Positions 1 to 11,574 of a DNA stretch of 64,000 nt are shown here, piece after piece (position 1 is the stretch's first letter; the number at the start of each line of letters is the position of its first letter). Made by a program: the position numbers and the translations under genes. Origin of the DNA: Rhodospirillales bacterium (GTDB lineage Bacteria > Pseudomonadota > Alphaproteobacteria > Bin95); NCBI GenBank assembly GCA_038143065.1, contig JAYQLI010000035.1:2792225-2856224 (forward strand), read 5' to 3'. The notes under the pieces were generated by a model. The model did no database searches. It was not told where the DNA came from and worked only from the letters and a program-made list of their open reading frames with translations.

Positions 1-280
1 GAGTCAAAGGCGCGCCTCTAGGAGACAAATAAATTAGTGGTCCGATCTCGCCCGAAGCTTCTATAGCTGCATCGACTACATCTGACCTCATAACCATGCC
101 GGCACCACCTCCGAAAGGCGTGTCATCCACAGTTTGGTGCTTATCGCGCGTGAAGTCGCGGATGTCCAGTGTTTTAAGAGCCCAAATTTCTTTTTCGAGT
201 GCTTTACCAGATAAAGCCATGCCCAATGGGCCTGGGAACATTTCTGGAAAGATTGTCAGCACAGTTGCTTTCCAAGTCAT
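1..280 (-). CDS. trmD: tRNA (guanine-N1)-methyltransferase TrmD, 5' part (runs off window)
   Basis: Manual translation [20 protein letters not shown]...DIRDF...[14 protein letters not shown]...YLSPRG; ATGA overlap with rimM stop; canonical rpsP-rimM-trmD order. Confidence 0.95.
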   Translation of the reverse strand, partial: MTWKATVLTIFPEMFPGPLGMALSGKALEKEIWALKTLDIRDFTRDKHQTVDDTPFGGGAGMVMRSDVVDAAIEASGEIGPLIYLSPRGAPLT

Positions 281-816
281 TCATCACCTTTATGGACGTC
301 TTTTGGAACCCAAAGCCCGGAAGGGGGATCAACTTCTATAGTTCCTTCCGCGACATCAATCACTGGCACTACAGCTTTTGTGAATGGTAAAACTAAAGGG
401 AGGCCTCCATCCGATAGAGCTATTTCTATGAGATCGCCTGCCCCGTGGTTAAAAAGTGCATTTACTTTCCCAATTGAAGATCCCTGCACTAGGACATTTA
501 GGCCTATGAGGTCAGCGTGAAAATACTCATCAACATCAGGATCCGGTAGACATGAGCGTCGAAGGTAAAGGATTTGGCCCTTTAATTTTTCCGCTGCGTT
601 TCGGTCATTAGACCCTGATACACGACATATTGCGACCGTATCTCTCGCCTCTAGCACTTTGAGTATGAAGGAACGTTCGCCTGTTTCATCACTCAAGGCG
701 CCGTATGAATCAATCCCTGCAGGGATTTCTGTGAATGTTTTCACGCGAACATGACCTTGCAGACCATGCGCCGCAACAATCACGCCAGCAGGGATTAACT
801 CAGTCTCTTTTTCCAA
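277..816 (-). CDS. rimM: Ribosome maturation factor RimM
   Basis: [42 protein letters not shown] motifs; likely TTG start at 816; the ORF-track N-terminal extension is an off-frame reading of the rpsP repeat. Confidence 0.93.
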   Translation of the reverse strand: MEKETELIPAGVIVAAHGLQGHVRVKTFTEIPAGIDSYGALSDETGERSFILKVLEARDTVAICRVSGSNDRNAAEKLKGQILYLRRSCLPDPDVDEYFHADLIGLNVLVQGSSIGKVNALFNHGAGDLIEIALSDGGLPLVLPFTKAVVPVIDVAEGTIEVDPPSGLWVPKDVHKGDE

Positions 817-820
817 GCCT

Positions 821-1429
821 TTACTTGTCAGATTTTTCTTCCTCTGAGGCTTCCTGCTCAGCAGGTGCTTCTTCAGCAGGTGCTTCTTCAGCAGGTGCTT
901 CTTCAGCAGGTGCTTCTTCAGCAGGTGCTTCTTCAGCAGGTGCTTCTTCAGCAGGTGCTTCTTCAGCAGGTGCCTCTTCAGCAGGTGCTTCTTCAGCAGG
1001 TGCCTCTTCAGCAGGTGCCTCTTCAGCAACTTCTTCAGCAGGTGCTTCTTCAGCAACTACTTCCTCTTCAGCAGCAGCTTCTTCAGCTGCCTTTGCAGCC
1101 TCAGCAGCCTCACGCAGGCGTTCTTGAGCCTTGGCTTTTGGTAGGTTTTTCTTGGTTTGAGTTGGGATGGCGCGGCGCTCCATCAACCCGGCATCTGCCA
1201 AGAACCGTGCTACACGATCAGAAGGTTGCGCACCATCACCCAACCATTTTTGAATTCGATCAGTTTTTAATCGTACACGATCCGAATGATCGCTGGGTAG
1301 CATTGGATTATAGGTGCCGACCTGTTCGATGAAACGACCATCACGCGGGTCACGAGAATTCGCAACTACAATTCTGTAATATGGGCGTTTTTTAGCGCCG
1401 CCACGTGTTAAGCGAATTTTAACTGACAT
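821..1429 (-). CDS. rpsP: 30S ribosomal protein S16 with long acidic C-terminal tail
   Basis: [35 protein letters not shown]. Confidence 0.98.
   Translation of the reverse strand: MSVKIRLTRGGAKKRPYYRIVVANSRDPRDGRFIEQVGTYNPMLPSDHSDRVRLKTDRIQKWLGDGAQPSDRVARFLADAGLMERRAIPTQTKKNLPKAKAQERLREAAEAAKAAEEAAAEEEVVAEEAPAEEVAEEAPAEEAPAEEAPAEEAPAEEAPAEEAPAEEAPAEEAPAEEAPAEEAPAEEAPAEQEASEEEKSDK
858..1049. repeat. 15-bp coding tandem repeat (TCAGCAGGTGCYTCT), encoding AEEAP units in S16
   Basis: 11 consecutive units at 858-1022, one 12-bp variant, one further unit to 1049. Confidence 0.95.
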
Positions 1430-1478
1430 TTTTTATTCTTCCTTCTACGAAATTTAGAAATTTGTGCTGATTAGAGGG

Positions 1479-2959
1479 TTATTGACCAAAAGGGGTGAAT
1501 GGACCTTTACCCGGGAGTGTAGGAAATTTGGGTAATCCCGAACCTTCCCCAAGAGGTCCTGAAAGTGCGTTACTGCCTGAATTGGGCAGTCCCATACCAG
1601 GAGGCAGAGAAGGCATTAGTCCCTTTTTCCCCTTCTTTTTTCCGAGCTTGTTCATCTGTTTCATCATGCCGCGCATTTGATCGAATTGCTTAAGCAAACG
1701 ATTGACCTCTTGAACTTCTACGCCTGACCCAGCTGCAATTCGTCGCTTGCGAGAAGCTTTCAGAAGCTCTGGCTTCCGCCTTTCCGTTGGGGTCATGGAT
1801 AAAATGATAGCTTCTTGGCGAGCCAGAACCTTCTCATTGACGTTGGCTTCCGCCATCTGCTGTTTCAATTTTCCAACTTGCGGAAGCAGGCCCATCAATC
1901 CGCCAAGTCCACCCATCCGTTTCATTTGACGAAGCTGGGAGAGTAAATCTGAGAGATCCATCTTCCCGGCCTGAAGTTTTTGGCGAGGTTTTCTGCTTCT
2001 TCTTGCTCTATGGTCTCTGCAGCGCGTTCTACGAGGCTTACAATATCGCCCATCCCGAGGATGCGGGATGCAATACGATCTGCATGAAATGGCTCAATAG
2101 CATCTAACTTTTCGCCAGTTCCCATAAACCGGATTGGTTTTCCGGTAACTGCACGCATCGACAGTGCTGCACCACCGCGTGCGTCTCCATCGATGCGGGT
2201 TAATACAATGCCTGTTACCCCGAGGCGCTCTCCAAATGCCTCAGCGACGCTAACGGCATCTTGACCGGTCATGGCGTCCGCAACCAGTAAGGTTTCAGTA
2301 GGACTGACGATGCGCGAAACGGCTTCAGCTTCCTGCATCATCGTTTCATCTACTGTCGTGCGCCCAGCTGTGTCGATGAATACTACGTCGTAGCCTTGCT
2401 TTTTAGCGGTATCAATGGCGCGGCGAGCGATCGCTGGAGCAAGTTCACCAAAGACTACTGGAAGCGTATCTATATTTGCTTGTAATCCTAAAGTGGCTAA
2501 CTGCTGCTGAGCTGCTGGTCTATGCACGTCCACAGAGGCCATAAGACAGCGTTTCTTCTCTCGCTCTCGCAGACGAATTGCTAACTTCGCAGTGGTAGTC
2601 GTCTTTCCAGATCCCTGAAGGCCACACATTAGTATTACAGAAGGAGGATTGGTACCAAGTGATAATTCGGAATTAGCTAAAGGAGGCGAGCCTTCGCCCT
2701 CAAGCATATTAACCAACTCATCATTAACAATTTTAACTACTTGCTGGCCAGGGGTGACGCTTTTGAGAACTTGGGATCCGATAGATTTTTCTGTAGCACG
2801 TTCAATAAATTGACGTGCGACTGGAAGAGCTACGTCCGCTTCCAAAAGAGCGAGGCGGACCTCGCGCATCGCCTGCCGAACATCTTCTTCGTTTAAGACA
2901 CCTTTGCCCGTAAGCTTCTTAAAGGCGTCTGAGAGACGACCACTTAAGCTTTCAAACAT
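1479..2959 (-). CDS. ffh: Signal recognition particle protein Ffh (split by one frameshift near 1960-1985)
   Basis: [26 protein letters not shown] in ORF 1922-2959; M-domain [11 protein letters not shown] in ORF 1479-1961. Confidence 0.96.
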
Positions 2960-2984
2960 GGTTTCAGCTCCTATCGATCCCTAT

Positions 2985-3033
2985 GTCCAACGCCAAACGC
3001 GCCAGTGCGCGAACACTCGCGGACTGGCGTCAA
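2985..3033 (-). promoter_or_regulatory. Structured ffh 5' leader (alphaproteobacterial ffh-leader-like RNA)
   Basis: Hairpin CGCCAGT-CCGCGA-gtgt-TCGCGC-ACTGGCG on the minus strand just upstream of the ffh start; a conserved ffh leader motif is known in Alphaproteobacteria. Confidence 0.7.
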
Positions 3034-3085
3034 CTTTTGTACACTCAAAAGCTGTGGGCAATTGAACTGCCGGAATAAGGTCGGC

Positions 3086-3875
3086 TTATGACTGATTTGG
3101 TGGGAGATTGCAAGGATCAGTTGAAGCAGGGCTGCTATTTTGGTGACGATTGTCGCCAATAGGTATCATACCTCGTTTGCCGGAAGCAGCAGCAAGAGCT
3201 TTATTTCTGGGTGCAAGTCCATAAATCGATTTCGTTGCATCTACGATAACAACACCTGAAAATCCCCGAGCCAACGATGGCCAAATTTTTCAAGAGTATC
3301 GGATGACCACAATGGAAGCGTTCTGTTGCTTGGCGGTTGGTAGAGCGCATAAACGCTTTGTTCCACATTAAAAAGCGATTGCTCCAGGGTTTTTGTTAGT
3401 TGTTTCGATGAGTATGGACGCCCGTGACCAAATGGAGAATTATCCGTCCTGCACCAAAGACCACGTCTGTTAGCTGCTATGACAATTAAGCGCCCGGAGT
3501 CGGCCAGGACGCGCCAGATTTCACGCAATAAAACCCGCTCCGCTGATGTATCTTCGAGAGCATGCATAAGTATGATCCGATCAATGGACCGATCAGGAAG
3601 GGGAGGTTTGTCTCATTGGTCACAGCATTCAGGCATTTTTTGCCTACAGGCCATGCCCATCCCCCTTGTTCCGCGGGCATTAATGACATTACTCGACCCG
3701 CACCTGCTTTGATCAAAATCGGCTCTAAAATGGGAGGAGTGTAGCCAAAACCCATAACAGTCTCGCCTTTTAGGTTTGGCCACAACGTCTCAACACGACG
3801 CGCAATTTGGCGTGCTGCTGCCTGTCCTAGGGCGTTTTCGTAAAACGCTTTCATTAAGGAAATATCAGTACGCAT
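3086..3875 (-). CDS. Class I SAM-dependent methyltransferase (type 11), split by two frameshifts
   Basis: Fragments FYENALGQAA, GFGYTPP, MHALE...LLREIWRVL...NRRGLW...PFGHGRPYS; conserved divergent pairing with gloB. Confidence 0.85.
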
Positions 3876-3946
3876 AGCTTTTTTCTATCTTGGTGTTACC
3901 CTTTAAATCAGGCCTTAAAATGACTTGAAAACTGGAGACTCTCTTA

Positions 3947-4711
3947 ATGGCACTCGAAGTCGAAATGGTGTCCGCGCTTAGCGACAATTACGTCTACCTG
4001 CTGCGAGATACTGAAACAGGCGTGGTAGCAGTAATTGATCCTGCAGAACCAGATCCTGTAGATAAGGTCCTTGTTGCAAAGCAATGGAAGCCATCAATCA
4101 TTATTAACACCCACCATCATGGCGATCATATCGGTGGAAATGAAGCGTTGATCGCCAAATATGGATGTCAGTTAGTTGGCCCTAAAGCGGAAACACACCG
4201 TATCCCAGGAATGAATCAAACTGTCAGTGAAGGTGACCAAATCAAAGTTGGGTCGCAGATCGGTAAAGTTTTTGAAACACCTGGGCACACTAAAGGACAT
4301 ATCTCTGTATACTTTCCTGAAGGAGCAGCGCTCTTCGCAGGAGACACCCTTTTTGCGCTTGGTTGCGGGAGAATGTTCGAAGGTACACCGCAGGAATTTT
4401 GGCATTCGTTGTTGAAGCTGAGAGCTCTTCCGGATGATACCCTTCTTTATTGTGGGCACGAGTATACTCAATCTAATGCAAGGTTTGCTCTATCTGTTGA
4501 TCCCTCGAATCAGACGCTTTTGACTCTATCGGAAAAGATAGATGAGAGACGGTCAAAAGGATTGCCAACAATACCATCAAGACTTGGAGATGAGAAAATA
4601 GCCAACCCTTTTCTTCGAGCAGATGATAAGAAATTAGCAGTTGATGTTGGCGCCAGCGAAGATCCAATTCATGCTTTTGCTGTAATAAGAGAGCTGAAAG
4701 ACAATTTCTAG
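3947..4711 (+). CDS. gloB: Hydroxyacylglutathione hydrolase (glyoxalase II)
   Basis: DNYVYL, THHHGDHIGG, TPGHT, GDTLFALGCGR, CGHEYT, NPFLR. Confidence 0.95.
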   Translation: MALEVEMVSALSDNYVYLLRDTETGVVAVIDPAEPDPVDKVLVAKQWKPSIIINTHHHGDHIGGNEALIAKYGCQLVGPKAETHRIPGMNQTVSEGDQIKVGSQIGKVFETPGHTKGHISVYFPEGAALFAGDTLFALGCGRMFEGTPQEFWHSLLKLRALPDDTLLYCGHEYTQSNARFALSVDPSNQTLLTLSEKIDERRSKGLPTIPSRLGDEKIANPFLRADDKKLAVDVGASEDPIHAFAVIRELKDNF

Positions 4712-4814
4712 TACATTTGTTGCATTTCATCAGAAATTTTGGGTTAGCTAGCTCATCTTTTTTGCCATGATTGGCGCAAAGCTCTTGCATCTGAGCATTA
4801 ACGGTCTTATCAGA

Positions 4815-4925
4815 CACGCATCACACACATGGGCCAAAACCCAAGGCGGTCTAATGACTGTCAATTCCGGTGCTGAATGCGGCTCTGCTGCTGAGGCCCT
4901 GGCCCATGGAGGAACAACCGGACCA
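4815..4925 (+). promoter_or_regulatory. rpsB leader (S2 autoregulatory RNA)
   Basis: CACACAC followed by stem CATGGGCCA/TGGCCCATG, then GGAGG; internal TCCGGT is complementary to downstream ACCGGA (possible pseudoknot); directly upstream of rpsB. Confidence 0.75.
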
Positions 4926-4942
4926 GGGGAGATGGTAAGGCC

Positions 4943-5821
4943 ATGATGCCGACTTTTACTATGCGCCAGCTTTTAGAATCTGGCGTTCACTTCGGGCACC
5001 ACACACGTCGGTGGAACCCGAAAATGAAGCAGTACATTTTTGGTGTACGAAATAACACACACATCTTAGATCTGCAGCAATCTGTGCCAATGCTTCATCA
5101 GGCACTGAATGCTCTTCGTGATGTCTCCGCAAACGGTGGCCGTATACTGTTCGTGGGTACCAAACGGCAGACACGAGACCTAGTTGCGCAGCATGCTGAG
5201 CGGTGCGGTCAGTACTTCGTCAACGACAGGTGGCTTGGTGGAATGTTGACCAATTGGTCAACAATTAGCCAGTCCATCAAACGGTTGAAAGAGCTAAGTT
5301 CAGAGCTCGAAGGTGAAGAAGAAGGCGCAGGGCGCAGCAAACGCGAGCAGCTTGAGCGCACACGGACCCGGGATAAGCTAGAACGTACACTGGGTGGAAT
5401 TAAAGATATGGCTGGTGTGCCAGATCTGCTTTTTGTAATCGATACAGTCAAAGAGCACATTGCAATCGCAGAAGCAAAAACGCTCGGTATACCGGTGGTG
5501 GCCATAGTAGATAGCAATTCTGATCCATCAGATATCGCGTTCCCCATTCCAGGAAATGACGATGCAATCCGAGCGGTGAATTTGTATTGCCAGCTAGCGG
5601 GTGACGCAATTTTGGACGGGCTACAACAGGGCCTCGTTGAGTCAGGCGTTGACATTGGGGCATCGGAAGATGTGCCAGCAGCTGAGGTGCCGGTTGAAGA
5701 AGCTGCAGCTGACGCAGAAGCTGCAGCTGACGCAGAAGCTCCAGCAGAAGCAGAAGCTCCAGCAGAGGCTGAAGACACAAAAGGCGAAGAAACCAAGCCT
5801 GAAGATGCCGCTGCTAGTTAA
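4943..5821 (+). CDS. rpsB: 30S ribosomal protein S2 with acidic Ala/Glu tail
   Basis: [38 protein letters not shown]. Confidence 0.98.
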   Translation: MMPTFTMRQLLESGVHFGHHTRRWNPKMKQYIFGVRNNTHILDLQQSVPMLHQALNALRDVSANGGRILFVGTKRQTRDLVAQHAERCGQYFVNDRWLGGMLTNWSTISQSIKRLKELSSELEGEEEGAGRSKREQLERTRTRDKLERTLGGIKDMAGVPDLLFVIDTVKEHIAIAEAKTLGIPVVAIVDSNSDPSDIAFPIPGNDDAIRAVNLYCQLAGDAILDGLQQGLVESGVDIGASEDVPAAEVPVEEAAADAEAAADAEAPAEAEAPAEAEDTKGEETKPEDAAAS

Positions 5822-5865
5822 GTAGTTCTTCGGAATTTAACATCAATTTATGAGAGGGTAGAACG

Positions 5866-6791
5866 ATGGCGGCAATTACAGCGAGCCTCGTTAAGGAGCT
5901 GCGTGAGCAATCTGGCGCGGGTATGATGGATTGTAAGAAGGCTCTAACAGAGACTGACGGAGACTTAAACGCGGCTATTGATTGGCTAAGAACAAAAGGT
6001 TTGGCTGCAGCTCAGAAAAAGCAGGGCGCGTTGCAGCAGAAGGTCTCGTTGCCGTGGCTGTGGATGGCAATGTAGGATCCGTTGTTGAGCTCAACTCCGA
6101 AACAGATTTTGTTGCGCGAAATGAAGACTTTCAGAACCTTGTCGAAACCATAGCGCGTCTTGGGCTAAAATCAGGTGGAGACATTGAAGCGCTTAAACAA
6201 GCAACGGCTGCAGATGGCAAAACCGTTGCAGAGATGCTCCAGAACGCGATTGCAACAATTGGCGAGAATATGAATCTCCGTCGCTATGAGGTAATTTCAG
6301 TGTCTGAGGGTTCGATAGCGAGTTACGTGCATACCGCTGTTAAACCAGGCATGGGAAAAATTGGGGTATTAGTAGCCTTAGAGTCGTCCGCTGAGGCTGA
6401 AAAGGCTGCTGAAATTGGTAAGCAGGTGGCTATGCATGTTGCCGCTGCTTCTCCCAAGGCTGCAAATCGTGATGAAATTGATGCAGCAGACGTGCAATGG
6501 GAGCGAGACATCTTAACAGCTCAAGCTAAAGAGTCAGGGCGTCCCGATAATATCATTGAAAAAATGGTAGAAGGACGACTTCGCAAATTCTATGAAGAGT
6601 CAGTTCTCGTAGAACAAGCCTTTGTTATTGATCCAGATCAAACTGTTGGTCAGGCCCTTGAGTCAGCGGGTAAAGCAGCCGGAGCAGACATCAAGGTAAA
6701 AGGTTTTGTTCGACTTGGCTTAGGTGAAGGTGTTGAGCGCGAAGAAAGTGATTTCGCGGCAGAGGTAGCGGCTGCAGCTGGTACATCCTAA
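5866..6791 (+). CDS. tsf: Elongation factor Ts (frameshift at A-run near 6016-6020)
   Basis: [19 protein letters not shown] then [25 protein letters not shown]. Confidence 0.96.
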
Positions 6792-6880
6792 TCTATTCGG
6801 CGCACTGGTCATTAGGGCCTATTGCCCTCTGACACCAATCACGAGTACGGAAGAGGTATCGCAACTGTAATAGGAGGCGG

Positions 6881-7615
6881 ATGATAATGGCGAGTAAGCC
6901 CAAGTACCGCCGGGTTCTGCTAAAAGTGTCTGGAGAAGCCCTTATGGGCGGTCAACCTTTTGGTATTGATCCTGTTGTGATTAACCGTATCGCAAAAGAT
7001 ATAGTTGAGGTCAGGGAAGCAGGTGTTGAAGTCGCTCTTGTAGTAGGTGGGGGCAATATCTTCCGCGGTGTGTCGGGTGCTAGTGCGGGTATAGAGCGTT
7101 CAACGGCTGATTATATGGGAATGCTCGCAACAGTAATGAATGCTCTAGCTATGCAGGCAGCCCTTGAGACACTGGGTTCGCCGACGAGGGTGTTGTCAGC
7201 CATTCCAATGTCTTCTGTATGTGAACCATATATTCGAAGACGGGCCGAGCGGCATATGGAAAAAGGTCGAGTTGTGATTTTTGCCGCCGGCACTGGAAAT
7301 CCTTTCTTTACGACTGATACTGCGGCAGCTTTACGAGCATCTGAAATGAACTGTGAAGCCCTTTTAAAGGGAACACAAGTTGACGGAGTTTATTCCGCAG
7401 ACCCCAAGATTGACCAAAACGCTAAACGTTTCGATAAACTTTCTTATAAAGACGTGCTGGCCAACGATCTTAATGTAATGGACGCTTCGGCAGTCTCACT
7501 TGCTCGAGAAAATCAAATCCCCATAATTGTGTTTTCTATACATGAGGCCGGTGGATTTAGTGATGTCATCCACGGAAACGGCGCTTATACGTTGGTAAGT
7601 GATACAGAGAATTAA
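6881..7615 (+). CDS. pyrH: UMP kinase
   Basis: [36 protein letters not shown]. Confidence 0.98.
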   Translation: MIMASKPKYRRVLLKVSGEALMGGQPFGIDPVVINRIAKDIVEVREAGVEVALVVGGGNIFRGVSGASAGIERSTADYMGMLATVMNALAMQAALETLGSPTRVLSAIPMSSVCEPYIRRRAERHMEKGRVVIFAAGTGNPFFTTDTAAALRASEMNCEALLKGTQVDGVYSADPKIDQNAKRFDKLSYKDVLANDLNVMDASAVSLARENQIPIIVFSIHEAGGFSDVIHGNGAYTLVSDTEN

Positions 7616-7663
7616 AGTCAGGTTTTAATTCCTTAAGACCGCAAGCTAGGAGTTCTTAAAATT

Positions 7664-8221
7664 ATGTCAGAGCCTGACCTTGATGATATTGCGCGGCGTA
7701 TGAGTGGAGCTGTTGAGGCTCTGCGGCGGGAATTTCAGGGCCTTAGGACAGGACGTGCTTCAGCTGCTCTGTTAGATCCTGTGGTGGTTGAAGTTTATGG
7801 TGCAAAGACCCCACTAAACCAGGTAGGAACGGTTGGTGTTCCGGAGCCTAGAATGTTGACTGTTCAAGTATGGGATAAAAGCAATACCTCGGCAGTGGAA
7901 AAAGCGATCCGTGATGCTGGCCTCGGTCTAAACCCAATGACGGATGGTAATCTTATCCGCATCCCAATTCCTGAACTTTCTGGTGAGCGTAGACAAGAGC
8001 TAACAAAAGTGGCCGGACGGTATGCTGAGCAGGCCAGAGTTGCTATTCGAAATATTCGTAGAGATGCAATGGATGGTCTTAAGAAAGCTGAAAAAGACGG
8101 CGAAATTTCCCAAGATGATCAAAAGCTTTATTCCGATGAGATTCAATCCTTGACCAATAAGTATGTTGGTGAAGTAGACGAGACCGCAAAGCAGAAGGAA
8201 GCTGAAATTCTTCAAGTTTGA
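7664..8221 (+). CDS. frr: Ribosome recycling factor
   Basis: [21 protein letters not shown]. Confidence 0.98.
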   Translation: MSEPDLDDIARRMSGAVEALRREFQGLRTGRASAALLDPVVVEVYGAKTPLNQVGTVGVPEPRMLTVQVWDKSNTSAVEKAIRDAGLGLNPMTDGNLIRIPIPELSGERRQELTKVAGRYAEQARVAIRNIRRDAMDGLKKAEKDGEISQDDQKLYSDEIQSLTNKYVGEVDETAKQKEAEILQV

Positions 8222-8376
8222 TCGTCTGGTAACTTGTTCCAAGCACTCTTTTTTGATCTGAGTTTTTCAAAATTCCATGATGGTGTCTTCACTGAAATCA
8301 TGGTTGATAGGGGCGTAGATAAAACCTTTCGGAAGTTCTTTGGTTGTGGTCTGACGTGATGCTAAACGAAATGTGA

Positions 8377-9029
8377 GTGTTGATGGATTTCTCGGAAAAT
8401 TTTCTTAAGCGATCAATTACAGCGGCCATACTCACTCTGGCATTTCTTGCGACTAACATTCTATATTTCGAAACATTCTTTCTGCTCTTGGTAGTCTCAT
8501 CAATTGCTCTTTTGAAAGAGTGGTGGGAGTTGTCAGTTAAGTGGAACGGGTATTTTAGACGTTCGGTAATCGGTTTTTTTGGTTTGCACCGGCTTTGTTG
8601 CGTTAGGTTGGTTGAGATATGTACGGAGCATCTCCTGTATTTTGGGCTGTTTCAATCATAGTCGCATCTGATGTTGCGGCTTATTTTTTGGTCGAACTTT
8701 TGGCAAAAGAAAAATTTTTCCTATCATTAGCCCAGGAAAGACATGGGAAGGATTTTTAGGTGGTCTCACTGCCGCTGGTGTTGTTGGGGTAGTGCTTGGA
8801 ATTTTTTAGGTGGGGATTGGGCTTTATTTGGGGTGCTGGTAGCTCTTTTACAGGTATAGCCGGAGTGGTGGGAGATTTGGTGGAGTCCTACGTTAAGAGG
8901 TGGGCTGGGGTAAAGGATTCTGGGAAAATTTTGCCTGGTCACGGTGGTGTTTTGGACCGACTGGATAGTCATTTGTTCGGATTGCCGATATTTGTTGTGG
9001 GTGTGACAATGATTGGATGGCCGACATGA
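8377..9029 (+). CDS. cdsA: Phosphatidate cytidylyltransferase (several frameshifts)
   Basis: Hydrophobic fragments; SDVAAYF and ISPGKTWEG readable at about 8665-8755; [33 protein letters not shown]. Confidence 0.9.
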
Positions 9030-10185
9030 CAGTTAAAACCGTCTCGATCCTAGGTGCGACCGGTTCTGTGGGGCGAGCGGCAGCCGATCTAGTTATTGGA
9101 GCGCCTGAACGTTTTCAAGCTGAAGCTATTGCCGCGGGAAGTGATGTCGATGCACTAGCAACCTTGGGTCGTGAACTTAAAGCACGTTTCGTAGCCGTAG
9201 CTGACGAAAATCGCTACCAAGATTTGAAAAACGCCCTATCCGGATATAAATGCGAAATCGCAGCAGGTGCCGCGGCCGTTAAAGAGGCTGGCCTAAGGCA
9301 AGCAGATATTGCCGTTGCTGCGATAGTTGGTTTGGCAGGCCTTGAGTCCACTCTCGCTGCTTGTATGACTGGAAAAACTGTCGCTTTAGCTAATAAGGAA
9401 GCTCTTGAATCCGCGGGTGATGTTGTAAAAGCTGCAGCTGCTGCTAACGGTGCACAAATATTGCCTGTTGACTCAGAGCACAGTGCTCTTTTCCAGGCTT
9501 ATGAGCCTGAGCGCGCCTCCACAGTTGAAAAACTCACTTTGACAGCTTCCGGCGGTCCATTCTGGAAGTGGTCGCAATCACAGATTGCAAATGCAACGTT
9601 GGAAGATGCGCTGAGGCATCCAACATGGGACATGGGATCAAAGATCACTATTGATTCTGCTACGATGATGAATAAGGGTTTAGAGCTAATTGAAGCGGCT
9701 CGTTTGTTCCCCTCTCCGAGGACAGGATTGACGTTTTAATTCACCCCCAGTCCATTATCCATGGCATGGTGTCATATAGAGACGGGTCAGTCATGGCTCA
9801 ACTTGGCGCCCCTGATATGCAAACACCAATAGCAGTTGCACTAGCTTGGCCTGACAGGATGCAAACACCCGTTCAACGATTAGACCTAGCGAGTATTGGT
9901 CAGCTAACCTTTGATGCTCCAGACCCTGAAAGGTTTCCATCCATAAATCTTGCGCGACAGGCGCTTCGGGATGGAGGTGATCGTCCTGCAGTTCTTAATG
10001 CAGCGAATGAAGTTGCTGTGGCTGCCTTTTTAGAAGGACGCATTAGTTTTGTGGCCATCGTGGAAACAGTCATGGCAGCTCTTGCAGCTGTGCCGGGGAT
10101 GCACGCAAATACTTTGGAGCAAGTGGTAGAAGTTGATCGCCAAGCGCGGCTGGCCGCGTTAAATCATATCAGTTCGTTGATCTGA
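9017..10185 (+). CDS. dxr: 1-deoxy-D-xylulose-5-phosphate reductoisomerase (frameshift near 9715)
   Basis: [52 protein letters not shown]. Confidence 0.96.
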
Positions 10186-10200
10186 TTAGGAAAAGTTTCT

Positions 10201-11568
10201 TTGGCAATTTTAATTGATTACCTTCCTTGGTTTCTCGCTCTCCTGACGGTCTTGGTATTTGTTCATGAGCTTGGTCACTATCTTGCTGCACGGGCTGTGG
10301 GCGTTCACGCCGAAACATTTTCAATCGGCTTTGGTCCAGAGATTTTTGGTTTTAATGATCGTCGTGGATGCCGTTGGCGCTTCGCATTAATACCACTTGG
10401 TGGCTATGTGAAAATGCGAGGTGATACAGATGTAGACAGCGCTAGCACGATTTCTGAGCAATTAATTCCGGGAAGTTTGGCATCAGCTACCATAGGTGCA
10501 CGGGCTTTAATATTTGTGGCTGGGCCTTTAGCTAATTTTGCGTTAACCGGCGTTGTCGCTTTTTTGATGTTTCTGATTGTTGGCCAGTCTTCGACCCCTC
10601 CAATTTTGGGCGCTGTAACTCCTGGTGGTGCAGCCGCTTCCATAGGCCTAGTGCCAGGTGATCGTTTTATTGCAATTAACGGTCGGAGCGTAAGAAATTT
10701 TGAGGATATCCGTGATGCTGAGCTAATGGCGGCCGGAAGAGATATTGAGCTACTAATTGAAAGGGAAAACACGCGTATTACACTAGATGTCTCTCCACAA
10801 ATTCGCTCTTTTGAAGACCGTTTTGGCAATCAGTACGAACACGGAGACTTAGGGGTCCGGCCAGAAATTCCTGTCAAACTGGGTGAAGTGCTTCGTGACG
10901 GAGCAGCGTACAAAGCGGGGCTCAGGGCAGGTGATAAAATTTTGAAAGTAGATGGGATCAATATTCGGGATTTTGGCGCATTTGCAGACTATGTTCAAGC
11001 GCGGCCCGATAAACTCGTTGGGATGGAGGTTGAGAGAGAGGGCTCAATCATTAATATCGCAGTAACCCCAGCTGGCATCGAGGTGGATGAAAAATTTATA
11101 GGTAGGATAGGGGTGGCGGCCGCACCATTCGATCCAATTCCTTTGGGAATTGGATCAGCTGCCCTTGAGGGGGCATTGTTTGTTTGGCAGAAGTCAGGGC
11201 TCATCCTTGATTATTTGTGGCAGATCATAGCGGGTGTTCGTCCTGTTGATGAAATTGGTGGTGTGCTTCGTATTGCTCAAATAGCAGGCGACACAGCAGC
11301 AATAAGTTTCGCGGCTTTGGTTGGGTTTGGAATGATGCTATCTCTCAATCTTGGCCTAATCAATTTATTCCCAATACCTATGTTAGATGGCGGCCATCTT
11401 CTGTTTTTAGCTATTGAGTGGGCACGAGGGCGACGCTTAAGTGAGCGCGCAGAAGAACTTAGCTTCCGATTAGGGTTTGCAATAGTAATAGTAGTAATGC
11501 TATTTGCCACGTGGAATGACTTGATGCATTTTCAAGTTATTGAAAGATTAAGAACTTGGATTGGTTGA
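10201..11568 (+). CDS. rseP: RIP metalloprotease RseP (two PDZ domains)
   Basis: HELGH, PLGGYVKM, NLFPIPMLDGGH. Confidence 0.96.
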   Translation: MAILIDYLPWFLALLTVLVFVHELGHYLAARAVGVHAETFSIGFGPEIFGFNDRRGCRWRFALIPLGGYVKMRGDTDVDSASTISEQLIPGSLASATIGARALIFVAGPLANFALTGVVAFLMFLIVGQSSTPPILGAVTPGGAAASIGLVPGDRFIAINGRSVRNFEDIRDAELMAAGRDIELLIERENTRITLDVSPQIRSFEDRFGNQYEHGDLGVRPEIPVKLGEVLRDGAAYKAGLRAGDKILKVDGINIRDFGAFADYVQARPDKLVGMEVEREGSIINIAVTPAGIEVDEKFIGRIGVAAAPFDPIPLGIGSAALEGALFVWQKSGLILDYLWQIIAGVRPVDEIGGVLRIAQIAGDTAAISFAALVGFGMMLSLNLGLINLFPIPMLDGGHLLFLAIEWARGRRLSERAEELSFRLGFAIVIVVMLFATWNDLMHFQVIERLRTWIG

Positions 11569-11574
11569 CTTAAT

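Noticed and set aside
858-1049. Repeat array as a possible CRISPR
   Set aside because: The units are contiguous with no spacers, in frame within rpsP, and no cas genes are present.
735-1332. Periodic ORFs (LLKKH)n, (SSAGA)n and (LLQQV)n
   Set aside because: They are alternative-frame and antisense readings of the 15-bp repeat in rpsP, not separate proteins.
5982-6075. Programmed frameshift in tsf (and likewise ffh, bamA, uvrB)
   Set aside because: The breaks look like ordinary small indels, several at homopolymers, in a window full of them; no such recoding is established for these genes.
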